Shown: positions 34,454-43,384 of the stretch, in pieces
Layout: each line of letters opens with the position of its first letter
Numbering within the stretch: position 1 is the stretch's first letter
From: Alphaproteobacteria bacterium
Lineage (GTDB): Bacteria > Pseudomonadota > Alphaproteobacteria > UBA8366 > GCA-2717185
Assembly: GCA_021774385.1 (NCBI GenBank)
Contig: JAJFJC010000025.1
Span: 1-53,590 of the forward strand
Direction of reading: 5' to 3'
Length of the DNA: 53,590 bases
Notes under the pieces: model-generated
What the model was told of the DNA's origin: nothing
The model's database searches: none
What the model saw: only the letters and a program-made list of their open reading frames with translations
Program-made: the position numbers and the translations under genes

Positions 34454-35359
34454 CTATTCGCGCGGCCCCAGCTTGATGTCCGCCATCTCCTCATAGAGCG
34501 TGATCAGGGCGCTGCCGTCCTTCTTGTTCAATCCAGCCGCGCGGGCCATCTGATAGACCTGCTGCGAGGTATTCGCCATGAACATTGGCACACCAAGCGC
34601 CTTGGCGAAGGATGTTTCCAGATCCTGATCCTTGTAGGAAATATCAATCGTCCCACCGGGTGAGAAATCGCCGCTTAGATAGCGCGGTGCGACGGACTGG
34701 AAGCTCGAACTATTGCCAGTGCTGACGCTGATCACGTCGACCATCTGCTGCGGATCCAGCCCCGCCTTGGTCCCGAGCGCCATCGCCTCCGCGATCACCA
34801 CCTTGGTGACCTGGGTGAGCATGTTATTACAGAGTTTCATTGCCAAGCCCTGCCCGATGCCGCCCATGTGAAAAATCTTCGATGCCATGGGTTCGAAAAT
34901 CGGTCCGCACTTTTCGACGATTGCGGCATCGCCGCCAACGATGATCGACAGATCACCGGAATTCGCGCGTGGGACGCCGCCGCTGACCGGCGCATCGAGC
35001 ATCGCGACGCCACGCTCGGCGAACACCGCGTGCATTTCCTTAACGGCAATCGGATCGATCGTCGCCATACAAATCACCGTGTCACCGGCCTCGACACCGT
35101 CAATGACGCCACCTTCGCCAACGAGAACCTCTTCGACTTGCGCCGTCGTTTCAACAATGCAGATGACCGTCGAGGCGGCACTCGCGACGCCCGCGGGTCC
35201 ATTCGCGATTGTGGCGCCGAGTCCGGCGAAGCGGTCATTCTTCGCTTGATCGATATCGTAGGCGACCAGGGAAAAATCGGCCTTCAACAGGTTGGCGGCC
35301 ATGCCGCCGCCCATCATGCCCATACCGATGAAACCGACATTGTCATTGCGATTACTCAT
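34454..35359 (-). CDS. NAD(P)-dependent beta-hydroxyacid dehydrogenase (3-hydroxyisobutyrate dehydrogenase family)
   Basis: VGFIGMGMMGGGMA Rossmann motif at the start. ATG at 35359 overlaps the upstream SDR stop as ATGA. The track extension to 35521 is rejected. Confidence 0.85.
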   Translation of the reverse strand: MSNRNDNVGFIGMGMMGGGMAANLLKADFSLVAYDIDQAKNDRFAGLGATIANGPAGVASAASTVICIVETTAQVEEVLVGEGGVIDGVEAGDTVICMATIDPIAVKEMHAVFAERGVAMLDAPVSGGVPRANSGDLSIIVGGDAAIVEKCGPIFEPMASKIFHMGGIGQGLAMKLCNNMLTQVTKVVIAEAMALGTKAGLDPQQMVDVISVSTGNSSSFQSVAPRYLSGDFSPGGTIDISYKDQDLETSFAKALGVPMFMANTSQQVYQMARAAGLNKKDGSALITLYEEMADIKLGPRE

Positions 35360-36123
35360 GAAAGACCTCCCGTCACGTCGATAGTAAGACCGGTTACAAA
35401 ATCGGCATCTTGCGATGCCAGGAATGCGATCACGCGTGCCTGATCGATTGCTTTGGGAATTCGCTTCAGCGGCACTTTCTCGATTTCCGCCGCCTGATCC
35501 TCGGCACTGCGCTTTTCCCAATGCGGCATGAGACGCTCTGTTAGCGTCAGGCTCGGCGCAATGGCGTTCACGTTCACGCCGAATGGTCCCAGTTCGCTTG
35601 AGAGCTTACGCGTGAAGGCAATGATACCGCCCTTCGCCGCCGCGTAAGCACTGCTACTGTTGCCACTGAACCCGCGCCCGGCGATCGACGACAGGTTGAC
35701 GATTTTGCCGCTACCGGTCCGTTTCATCACCGGCACAACCGCATTGCAAAACAGGAATGTGGCGCTGAGATTGAAATCGATCAGCTTCCGCCATTCCTCG
35801 AACGTCAATTCGTCGACGGCTGCTTTCGGATTATCAACGATAGTGCTGCCGCCAACCGCATTGACCAGGATATCGACTCCGCCATGCGCCGCGTCCGCCT
35901 CCGCGACCAACTCCCGAACCTGCGCCTCATCCATCGCATTGATGCAGCGGCCTTCCACCTTTCCTGGGCTGCCCGCTAGATCGGTGGCCATCTTGTCCAA
36001 ACGCGACTGATCGATCTCCACGGCCACGACCGTCGCGCCTTCCTTGACGAGTATGTCCGCCGTCGCCCGGCCGATGCCCGCGCCCGCCGCCGTGATGATC
36101 GCCGTCTTGTCTTCGAACCGCAT
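35356..36123 (-). CDS. SDR-family oxidoreductase
   Basis: TAAGAGIGRA (TGxxxGIG), NAVG, and the YAAAK catalytic motif. Confidence 0.85.
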   Translation of the reverse strand: MRFEDKTAIITAAGAGIGRATADILVKEGATVVAVEIDQSRLDKMATDLAGSPGKVEGRCINAMDEAQVRELVAEADAAHGGVDILVNAVGGSTIVDNPKAAVDELTFEEWRKLIDFNLSATFLFCNAVVPVMKRTGSGKIVNLSSIAGRGFSGNSSSAYAAAKGGIIAFTRKLSSELGPFGVNVNAIAPSLTLTERLMPHWEKRSAEDQAAEIEKVPLKRIPKAIDQARVIAFLASQDADFVTGLTIDVTGGLS

Positions 36124-36192
36124 TATCCGTCCCTTTCCCGATTAACTTCGAATCATGTTAGGAGGCAATGTCGGTATCACCAAGTGAGGTAC

Positions 36193-37761
36193 CTATCGTC
36201 GGCTAGGCCGCCCCATGCGCCAGGCCGGGACCAACGCCAGCACGAAGATAACGGCAAGGATCAAGAACCCGTCCTTGAACCCTAACGTATTGGCCTGAGC
36301 CTCGATGACCTGCCCCAGATAATGCAGCGCACCGGACTGAAGGAATGCTTCGGCGACACCACCTTGTTGCATCAATTCGGTGACCTGATCGAGCAGTTCG
36401 CGGCTGGCGCTATTGTTCGAGGTTTGTGTTGCCGTCAATGCGATGCTGTGGAATTCGGTGCGCTGTTCCATGAAGACGACCAGCGAATTGACGCCAAACG
36501 CCCCGCCCAGGAGGCGAACGAAATTAATTGTCCCCGCGCCTTGATCTAGTTGCTCCGGTGGCAAGGCATTTAGGGCGGACACGTTAATGGCCGGGACCAT
36601 GATACTGAAACCAAGGCGGCCGATTATGGCAAAGAACGCCAACGTCCAGAACGCCGTGTTCACATCCGTCGTGTGCAGCAACATCATGCCAAACGCAAAC
36701 AGCGACAGACCAGTCATCGCAAGATAGCGGACCGGGAAGGTATCGACGAGACGCCCCATCACCGGATACAGGCACATGACGACGATACCTGCCGGCACCG
36801 TCACCATGCCAGCCGCCGTCGGAGTAAAGTCCTGTACCGTCTGCACGAAGACCGGGATGATGTAAGTCGAGCCGAAATTACCGGCGCCGAATACGAAGCC
36901 GAGCGTTGCGGCGATGACGAATTGCGGGTGCCGGAATACGGCGAAGTTCAAAATCGGCGACGACGACCGGAACTGCGAGATGACAAAAGCCGCGGCCAAA
37001 CTAAACCCTGTAAGCAGCAATCCCACGATTTTGTTGGAGACCCAGCCATCGCGTTGACCGTTGGCGACCGCGGTCATCAGGCAGACGATCGCCAGACACA
37101 CGAGGATGTAGCCGGTCCAGTCGAAAGGCGGCCGCTTCACCGTCGGATCACGCGTCGGCATGAACAGGACAGCCATCAACATCGCGACCCCGGCGACGGG
37201 TATCGGTATGAAGAAGACATGCCGCCAGCTCAGCCAATCGATGGTAACCCCACCGACCACCGGCCCCATGATTGGGGCGATCATAATGCCCATGGCGTAC
37301 AGGCTCATGGCGAGACCACGCTGGTCAGCCGGATAGGCCCTGAAAATGACCACCATGGCGACCGGCTGAACAAGTCCGGCGGCGAAGCCCTGCACGACGC
37401 GGCCGAAGATCAGTATATCGATATTTGGCGCGCCGGCGCAGATCAATGACCCGATGATGAACACGCAGACCGCGGCGATATAGGCCACACGCGGCCCCAC
37501 CGCAGCGATAGACCAGGCGCCAAGGAGCTGGCTCGCCGTCATGGTGGCGAGAAATGAGGAGGCCATCCATTGCGCTTGATCTTGTCCGACGCCGAACGTC
37601 CCCATGATGCTGGGGACCGCGACATTGGCCATGGTCGACGCCAGGATCATGACCATGGCACCCATCATCCCGGTCATCGTGACCAGCCAACGGTAGGCGG
37701 GACCATACCGTTTAAAAAGAGTATCGACGCTTTCGGTGGCCAAACTGATCTCGACTTCCAA
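36193..37761 (-). CDS. MFS transporter, DHA2 (EmrB/QacA-like, 14-TMS) family
   Basis: 522 aa with about 14 helices and the typical N-terminal LASTMANVAVPSI. Confidence 0.8.
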   Translation of the reverse strand: MEVEISLATESVDTLFKRYGPAYRWLVTMTGMMGAMVMILASTMANVAVPSIMGTFGVGQDQAQWMASSFLATMTASQLLGAWSIAAVGPRVAYIAAVCVFIIGSLICAGAPNIDILIFGRVVQGFAAGLVQPVAMVVIFRAYPADQRGLAMSLYAMGIMIAPIMGPVVGGVTIDWLSWRHVFFIPIPVAGVAMLMAVLFMPTRDPTVKRPPFDWTGYILVCLAIVCLMTAVANGQRDGWVSNKIVGLLLTGFSLAAAFVISQFRSSSPILNFAVFRHPQFVIAATLGFVFGAGNFGSTYIIPVFVQTVQDFTPTAAGMVTVPAGIVVMCLYPVMGRLVDTFPVRYLAMTGLSLFAFGMMLLHTTDVNTAFWTLAFFAIIGRLGFSIMVPAINVSALNALPPEQLDQGAGTINFVRLLGGAFGVNSLVVFMEQRTEFHSIALTATQTSNNSASRELLDQVTELMQQGGVAEAFLQSGALHYLGQVIEAQANTLGFKDGFLILAVIFVLALVPAWRMGRPSRR

Positions 37762-37823
37762 GCCCGCTAGTCCCGGCGCGCGCGAACACCGTGCGGCGGC
37801 AATTCCAACGATATTAGTGTATC

Positions 37824-37837
37824 ATCGTTACAACGAT
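37824..37837. promoter_or_regulatory. Palindrome ATCGTT-AC-AACGAT (with a third AACGAT half-site at 37807-37812) in a divergent promoter region
   Basis: Read directly. Lies between the MFS gene (minus strand) and the tautomerase gene (plus strand). Confidence 0.35.
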
Positions 37838-37864
37838 AATTAATGATCTGAAAAACATACGAAA

Positions 37865-37892
37865 TTATCGAGTTTCCCAAAACCCTCGATAA
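37865..37892. promoter_or_regulatory. Perfect 8-bp inverted repeat TTATCGAG-N12-CTCGATAA, a candidate operator
   Basis: Read directly, 31-58 nt upstream of the tautomerase GTG at 37923. Confidence 0.35.
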
Positions 37893-37922
37893 TCAAATTC
37901 ATGGATTAACGAGGGGAGTCTT

Positions 37923-38312
37923 GTGCCGCACGCCGTCATTCATCGCCTCCAAAATTCGGAACCAAGGGATCGCCGCGCCATCGTACAGGCCGTAAACGGC
38001 GCAATGGTCGAAGCCCTCAAGGTACCCAATGACACCCATCCGACGCGCCTTTGCACGTACGACGCAGACGCTTTTCTAATCCCAAAGGATTCAAGCGATC
38101 ACTTCACGCTTGTTGAAATTACGATTTATCCGGGACGTTCCTTGGAAACACGGCGATCCTTATACAAGGCAGTCGTAGACCGTCTGAGTGCCCTGGGAAT
38201 TGATCCGTTGGACGTGCGGGTCGTTCTTTATGAAGTGCCGCTGGAGAACTGGGGTTTGCGGGGCGGTATTCCAGCCAGCGAAATCGATTTGGGTTTCGAA
38301 ATCGCAATCTGA
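37923..38312 (+). CDS. Tautomerase-superfamily protein (long, about 129 aa form)
   Basis: Starts (M)PHAVIH, so Pro-1 follows Met removal. GAGGGGAG SD precedes the GTG. Confidence 0.65.
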   Translation: MPHAVIHRLQNSEPRDRRAIVQAVNGAMVEALKVPNDTHPTRLCTYDADAFLIPKDSSDHFTLVEITIYPGRSLETRRSLYKAVVDRLSALGIDPLDVRVVLYEVPLENWGLRGGIPASEIDLGFEIAI

Positions 38313-38333
38313 TTGACAAAAAATCCGCGCCGC

Positions 38334-39566
38334 TTATGGACGGTTCAGCGCCGGTAGTTGCCGTGAGAATGAGCGACGGCCGCGTTTGAACCCAAAGATC
38401 GGCAGCGCCGCCGTCGCGACCGCTTCCGCAGTTGATTGAACATCCCATACCGCCAAGTCGGCGGGGTTTCCAATCGCGACCCCGTAGTCATCGCGCCGCA
38501 ACAAACGCGCCGAACGATGCGTTACCATCTCGAAACATTCCGTGAGTTCCTCCATCGCGCCGCGCTGCACCGTGTTGGCGTAAAGATTGGCAATCCGCAT
38601 CAGTGACCCGTCGCCAAACGGCGTGAAGGGATTGAGAATATTATTCGACGACAGCGAGCAATTTACGCCGCAGGAAACCAGCGCGTTCGCATCGGCGACG
38701 CCACGCACCACGCTGTGTTCCCGCTCGCGCCCCATCACGAACAAATCCGTGGCCGGCAGTACCGTCACCGCAACGCCGCTATCCGCGAGGCGTTTTCCGA
38801 GGTCACGCAATTCGTTGGCGGGAAGCAACGAATATTTCGCGCCATGCCCGACGGCGACGCGGCCACCCCAACCGAATTTCTCCGTCAGATCGCAGACCTG
38901 ATAGATGTCCATATCCTCGGCCGTTGGGCCGACATCGAGATGAATATCAACATCGACATCGAACTCCCGCGCCAACTCGAAGATGCGATCAATCTGTCCC
39001 GCGTGGTCAGGGTCGTAACCCGGCGCGCCACCGACCACCTTGGCGCCCTGCTTCAGCGCCTCGACAATATTGACGTCAACCTCGGGTACGTCGGTCCAAC
39101 CCTCTTGCGCGAAGACGCAGAGTTCAAGATCGACCGCCCAACGATAATCTTTCGCCAGTTGTTGCAACGCCTCGAAGCTGCGCAACCCAACATTCGGATC
39201 GAGTTCCACATGGGTCCGCACATGAGTCGTTCCGTGCAGCAGGCAGCCTTCCAGCGTCGCCTTCGCCCGTTCATAAACATCTTCGACGGTGAACTCCGAT
39301 TTGACGGCGGCAACCCGCGCCATGTGATCGCGTCCGCGATTGGGCGACGGCGAACAGCGGTCGAGGATGCGTGACTTGTCGAGATGGATATGAGTTTCGA
39401 TCAGACCCGGCGAGACCAGGGCGCCATCAAGATCGAGCGTCTCGCCCTCCGCCGCCAAATCCGGCTCAATTGCCACGATTTTGCCGTTTTGAACGCCAAC
39501 ATCCCGGAGCGGTTCAGTTTCCGCGCCGGCAATTCGAACGTTCCGTAAAATCAGATCCAGGGCCAT
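38334..39566 (-). CDS. Amidohydrolase-superfamily deaminase/hydrolase (cytosine-deaminase-like)
   Basis: GLIETHIHLDKS (HxH metal motif), followed by conserved His and Asp positions downstream. Confidence 0.75.
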   Translation of the reverse strand: MALDLILRNVRIAGAETEPLRDVGVQNGKIVAIEPDLAAEGETLDLDGALVSPGLIETHIHLDKSRILDRCSPSPNRGRDHMARVAAVKSEFTVEDVYERAKATLEGCLLHGTTHVRTHVELDPNVGLRSFEALQQLAKDYRWAVDLELCVFAQEGWTDVPEVDVNIVEALKQGAKVVGGAPGYDPDHAGQIDRIFELAREFDVDVDIHLDVGPTAEDMDIYQVCDLTEKFGWGGRVAVGHGAKYSLLPANELRDLGKRLADSGVAVTVLPATDLFVMGREREHSVVRGVADANALVSCGVNCSLSSNNILNPFTPFGDGSLMRIANLYANTVQRGAMEELTECFEMVTHRSARLLRRDDYGVAIGNPADLAVWDVQSTAEAVATAALPIFGFKRGRRSFSRQLPALNRP

Positions 39567-39592
39567 ATTCTGTCCTTGTTTCTATGAGGACG

Positions 39593-40786
39593 CTAAAACA
39601 GGCCCTCTTTGCGCAATGACTCGATTTCCGCCACCTCGAACCCCGCTTCCCGCAATATTTCATCGGTATGTTCACCGACAATGGCGGGCCCGCGCTCGAC
39701 GCTGCCACCGCCATGGGCCAGCTTGAAGCCGGAACCGACAATTGTCATCGGTCCGTTTGGCCCCTCGGTTTTCTGCAGCACATCGCGGTGTTCCAACTGC
39801 GGATGCTGCACCGCACCTGCGATCGAATTGATCCGCCCGGCCGGCGCATCCGCCGCGGCCAACCGCGCTTCCCAGGTTTCCGCATCAGCTTCGGCAAAGG
39901 CGGTTTCGATGATCTCGCGCAATGCGGCCTCGTTTTCCGAACGCGCCGGCCAGTCTGCGAAACGCGGATCGTCGAGTAGCGCCGGCCGGCCGATCGCCTT
40001 ACACAGATTGGCGAACTGGCCCTCGCTGTTGACCGCCAGCAGGATATGCCCGTCCTTAACCTTGAACAGGTTCGCCGTCGGCTTGCGGCTAATCGCCTGA
40101 TTGCCGAATTGGCCCTGATTGTGGCCGGCAAGCGTATAGTCGCAGACACCCGGCGACAGAAATGTGAGGGTCGAATCGAGCATCGCCACGTCGATGAGTT
40201 GGCCGCGTCCCGTGTGGGTACGCTGGAACAGCGCGCTCGACACCGCGAACGCGGCAGTCATACCGCTCAGCGCATCGCAGACCGCGAAACCCGCACGCAC
40301 CGGCCCCGACGCTTCATGGCCAGTGATCGACATAATGCCCGACAGTGCCTGAATCTTGCCGTCATAGGATGGCGTATTCTTCTCCGGCCCCGATTGTCCG
40401 AACCCCGATACAGCGCAGTAGATCACGCCCGGATTGATTTCCGACAACACCTCATAGCCGATGCCCAGCCGGTCCATGACGCCGGGCCGGAAATTTTCCA
40501 TGACAACGTCGGCGTCCTTGACCAACCGCTTGACGATCTCAATAGCCTTTGGGTGTTTCAGATCGAGCGCGATATTGCGCTTGTTGGCGTTCACCGCGAT
40601 CCAGGCCGGCGACATTGTGTCGTCGGTCCAGGACGCGTTCGGCGCCGAGCGGCGCATATCCTCGCCACCCGGCCGCTCTACCTTGATGACGTCCGCGCCC
40701 AGCAGCGACAGCTGATAACTCGCGAACGGGCCCGCGAAGACCTGGGTGAAATCCAGGATACGAGTCCCGCTGAACGGTTTACTCAT
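39593..40786 (-). CDS. Family III CoA-transferase (CaiB/BaiF)
   Basis: GTRILDFTQVFAGPFASYQLSLLGADVIKVERPGGED is the canonical N-terminus. Confidence 0.85.
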   Translation of the reverse strand: MSKPFSGTRILDFTQVFAGPFASYQLSLLGADVIKVERPGGEDMRRSAPNASWTDDTMSPAWIAVNANKRNIALDLKHPKAIEIVKRLVKDADVVMENFRPGVMDRLGIGYEVLSEINPGVIYCAVSGFGQSGPEKNTPSYDGKIQALSGIMSITGHEASGPVRAGFAVCDALSGMTAAFAVSSALFQRTHTGRGQLIDVAMLDSTLTFLSPGVCDYTLAGHNQGQFGNQAISRKPTANLFKVKDGHILLAVNSEGQFANLCKAIGRPALLDDPRFADWPARSENEAALREIIETAFAEADAETWEARLAAADAPAGRINSIAGAVQHPQLEHRDVLQKTEGPNGPMTIVGSGFKLAHGGGSVERGPAIVGEHTDEILREAGFEVAEIESLRKEGLF

Positions 40787-40788
40787 AC

Positions 40789-41742
40789 CTACTCCGCGGC
40801 GCTTACTTTAAGGCCGTCCTTCTCGCGCTGTACCTTTGCGACCCGCTTTACTTCGTCAAATGCGGCGCGCCGCTTGGCGAGTTCTTCCTCCGACATCTGC
40901 TCGATATTACTGAAGTCGATTTTCCAGCGCGCATCGTCGTTCCAGCGCAACGGTGACTGAACCGTCGTCCGGGGACCAATAGCCGTTTCAAGCACCCGTA
41001 AGGCAAGATCGAGAGTGAAGACCTGCGAGCCCCGATCGTTCGGCTTGCCGGCCGAATTGCCGAGCGGGAAATCGCTGAACAGGAAGCGCGGCACGCCGCA
41101 CTGTTCGACAATGTCCTTCGCACATCCCATCACGACCGTCGGGATGCCATTTTCTTCAAGGTAGCGTGCAATCAGACTCACGGTCTGATGACACACTGGT
41201 CAATTAGCGACAATGACAGCGACGTCGGCCTCATCCTCACGGACACCGGCGAGAATATCGCGGCAATCCTGTTCGATCGTCGTAACCTGACTACGGTTCG
41301 TCGGCGCGCCATGGAAGCGCGGCGCGACAGAGCCGACCCGGCCGCTCTCGGCCGCCTTGTGAAGCTGCCCCAACGGGAAATACGTATTGATGTCTTCCGC
41401 CGTGGTGTATTTGCGGTCGTAACCAAGGTGCGAGATGCGGAGATCGTGCTCCTTATCGGTCTCGCCCGAATAGACCTTGTAGAACTTAGCCGAGGCGTTG
41501 TACGCGGCGCCCGGCCCCTGATCGCCTTTATCGTCTTGGTAGGGTGCGGCCGTCGTCACCAGCGCAACACGCGACTCCGACAAAGGTTTCTTCAAGGGTG
41601 TGAACGGTACATCGGTATATTGCGCCCATCGGTAGGGATTACCGTAGCCGAGCGCCAAATAATACGACGTGATCCGATGGATATACGGAACCGGCGTATC
41701 ATGCGGCGCGGCAAATCCCAGCGCGGCATCTTGATCTGTCAT
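40789..41742 (-). CDS. GrdB-family (glycine/sarcosine/betaine reductase component B-like) selenoprotein, 317 codons with in-frame UGA (Sec) at 41200-41202
   Basis: Track ORFs 41200-41742 and 40789-41196 are in the same frame (954 nt in total) and are separated only by TGA plus CCA. The joined sequence AVIVAN-U-PVC-HQTVSLIARYLEENGIPTVVMGC parallels the GrdB Sec region AVILTST-U-GTC-TRCGATMVKEIERAGIPVVHMC as I recall it. The motif is UxxC. Confidence 0.8.
41164..41196 (-). other. SECIS-like mRNA hairpin immediately 3' of the in-frame UGA
   Basis: mRNA: UGA CCA GUGUGU-C-AUCAGAC-CGUGA-GUCUGAU-U-GCACGC. A 7-bp perfect upper stem plus a 6-bp lower stem (two G-U pairs) with a 1x1 C/U mismatch. The apical loop contains GU at about 22-23 nt from the U of UGA. 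Confidence 0.65.
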
Positions 41743-41828
41743 AGGTGTTCCTCTTTAGGCAATTGGTCTTAAAACAACAATACAGCATGCAACGAGCCAA
41801 ACAAATCAGCCAACCAAAGTTGGCAGAG

Positions 41829-43235
41829 TTATGCTGTTTTGGGATCGATAGGCAGCAGAGACAAGCCGAGTTCCGCTTCCAGCGCCGCCGCGTGGCGCAA
41901 CAAATCCGCTTCGCCGCGCGGCTTGCCCACGAGTTGCAGCCCAACGGGCAGACCTGCCTCGGTAAAACCACACGGGAGCGATAAGGCGGGGCATCCCGTC
42001 AGCGTGATTGCATACGTCATGCTGAGCCATTCGATATAATTTGTCAGCACCTTGCCGTTGATCTCTTTCACGTAGCGTTCCCCGACCGGAAACGGCGATA
42101 CCGCAACGCAAGGTGTCACCAGTATGTCATGGGTTTCGAAGAAGGCGGCAACATCGGCACAGAGCGCCGCCCGCTGACGCTCCGCGCGTCCAATATCGGC
42201 GGCCTTTAAAGCCATCCCCTGTTCGGTATTGCCAATTACCTCGGGTTTGAGTTGATCGCGGTGCCGGTCAAGCAACTCCTCCATAACCGTCGCAAAGGAC
42301 GCCGCGCGCAGAGTCTGGAAAGACTCGTGGGCAGCGGAAAAGTCCGGACAGGTATCATCAACATCCGCGCCCAGAGCGGAGAACCGCTGGGCCGCCGATG
42401 CGCAAATCTCAACAACCTCCCTGTCCACGGGCGTAATCCCAAGGTCTGGGGAGAACCCGACGCGGATCGGTGCCGCCGGAGACAATCCAGCTTCGAGGAA
42501 AGAACCAACCGGGCGGTCAAATGTTAAGGGGTCGCGCGGATCCAAGCCGCACATCGCATCGAGAAACAGGCCGACATCGGCAACGTCTCGCGCCATCGGA
42601 CCATCGACCCAAAGCGGCGTAAAGGGCTCAAGTCCCGGCCCGTGCGGAACCCGTCCCGACGACGGGCGCAAACCAACCACATTGCAGAACGCGGCGGGAA
42701 TGCGCAGCGAGCCCCCAAGGTCGGACCCTGTCGCAAGCCACGCCATGCCCGTCGCCAACGCTACCGCCGACCCGCCGGATGATCCTCCGCAGCTTAACGC
42801 CGTGTTCCAGGGATTCACGGTTTTGCCGAAGACTTCATTGAAGGTATTCGCCCCTGCGCCCCATTCCGGCGTGTTCGACTTGCCGAGAACCACGGCCCCA
42901 TTTGCCTCAAGCAACTCAACGAGGAAGTTCGATCGTTCTGGAATATGGTCACTATAGATTGGCGAACCGTAGGTCGTCCGCACACCGGCGACGTCGACCA
43001 AATCCTTCACCAGGATTGGAAGGCCCTGAAGATTCCGCTCCGCGCCGCCGGTTCCGCCGATATCCTTCGCGGCATCCTTGGCCCGTTCGATACAAAGGGT
43101 CGGTACGGCATTAACAGCGATATCAACTTCCTCAATCCGCGCCACCGCGGCGTCTATTAAATCGATCGGCGTAATATCTTTCGATCGTAGCCGTTGCACG
43201 ATATTGCGGGCCGAGGAGGCAATAAGTTCATTCAT
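41829..43235 (-). CDS. Amidase-signature family amidase
   Basis: GGSSGGSAVALATG and the upstream KD...G motif. Confidence 0.85.
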   Translation of the reverse strand: MNELIASSARNIVQRLRSKDITPIDLIDAAVARIEEVDIAVNAVPTLCIERAKDAAKDIGGTGGAERNLQGLPILVKDLVDVAGVRTTYGSPIYSDHIPERSNFLVELLEANGAVVLGKSNTPEWGAGANTFNEVFGKTVNPWNTALSCGGSSGGSAVALATGMAWLATGSDLGGSLRIPAAFCNVVGLRPSSGRVPHGPGLEPFTPLWVDGPMARDVADVGLFLDAMCGLDPRDPLTFDRPVGSFLEAGLSPAAPIRVGFSPDLGITPVDREVVEICASAAQRFSALGADVDDTCPDFSAAHESFQTLRAASFATVMEELLDRHRDQLKPEVIGNTEQGMALKAADIGRAERQRAALCADVAAFFETHDILVTPCVAVSPFPVGERYVKEINGKVLTNYIEWLSMTYAITLTGCPALSLPCGFTEAGLPVGLQLVGKPRGEADLLRHAAALEAELGLSLLPIDPKTA

Positions 43236-43384
43236 GGGAATCGCCCTTTTAGACGGATTAACACGGTTTGCCCGGCACTATATCCATTCGATCGCAATGA
43301 CCCACGCTAAATGAGAACCGACTCCACAGTACGGTTTCGTCGCGGTACTGTAGCCACACGGCAAATATTAAGGGGGAACACAAA

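Noticed and set aside
40789-41742. Treating 40789-41196 and 41200-41742 as two separate genes, or as a nonsense-mutated pseudogene.
   Set aside because: - The two ORFs share a frame and together form a single GrdB-type domain.
- The TGA falls exactly at the Sec position of the UxxC motif, and a strong hairpin follows it.
- A pseudogene cannot be fully excluded without sel genes or orthologs.
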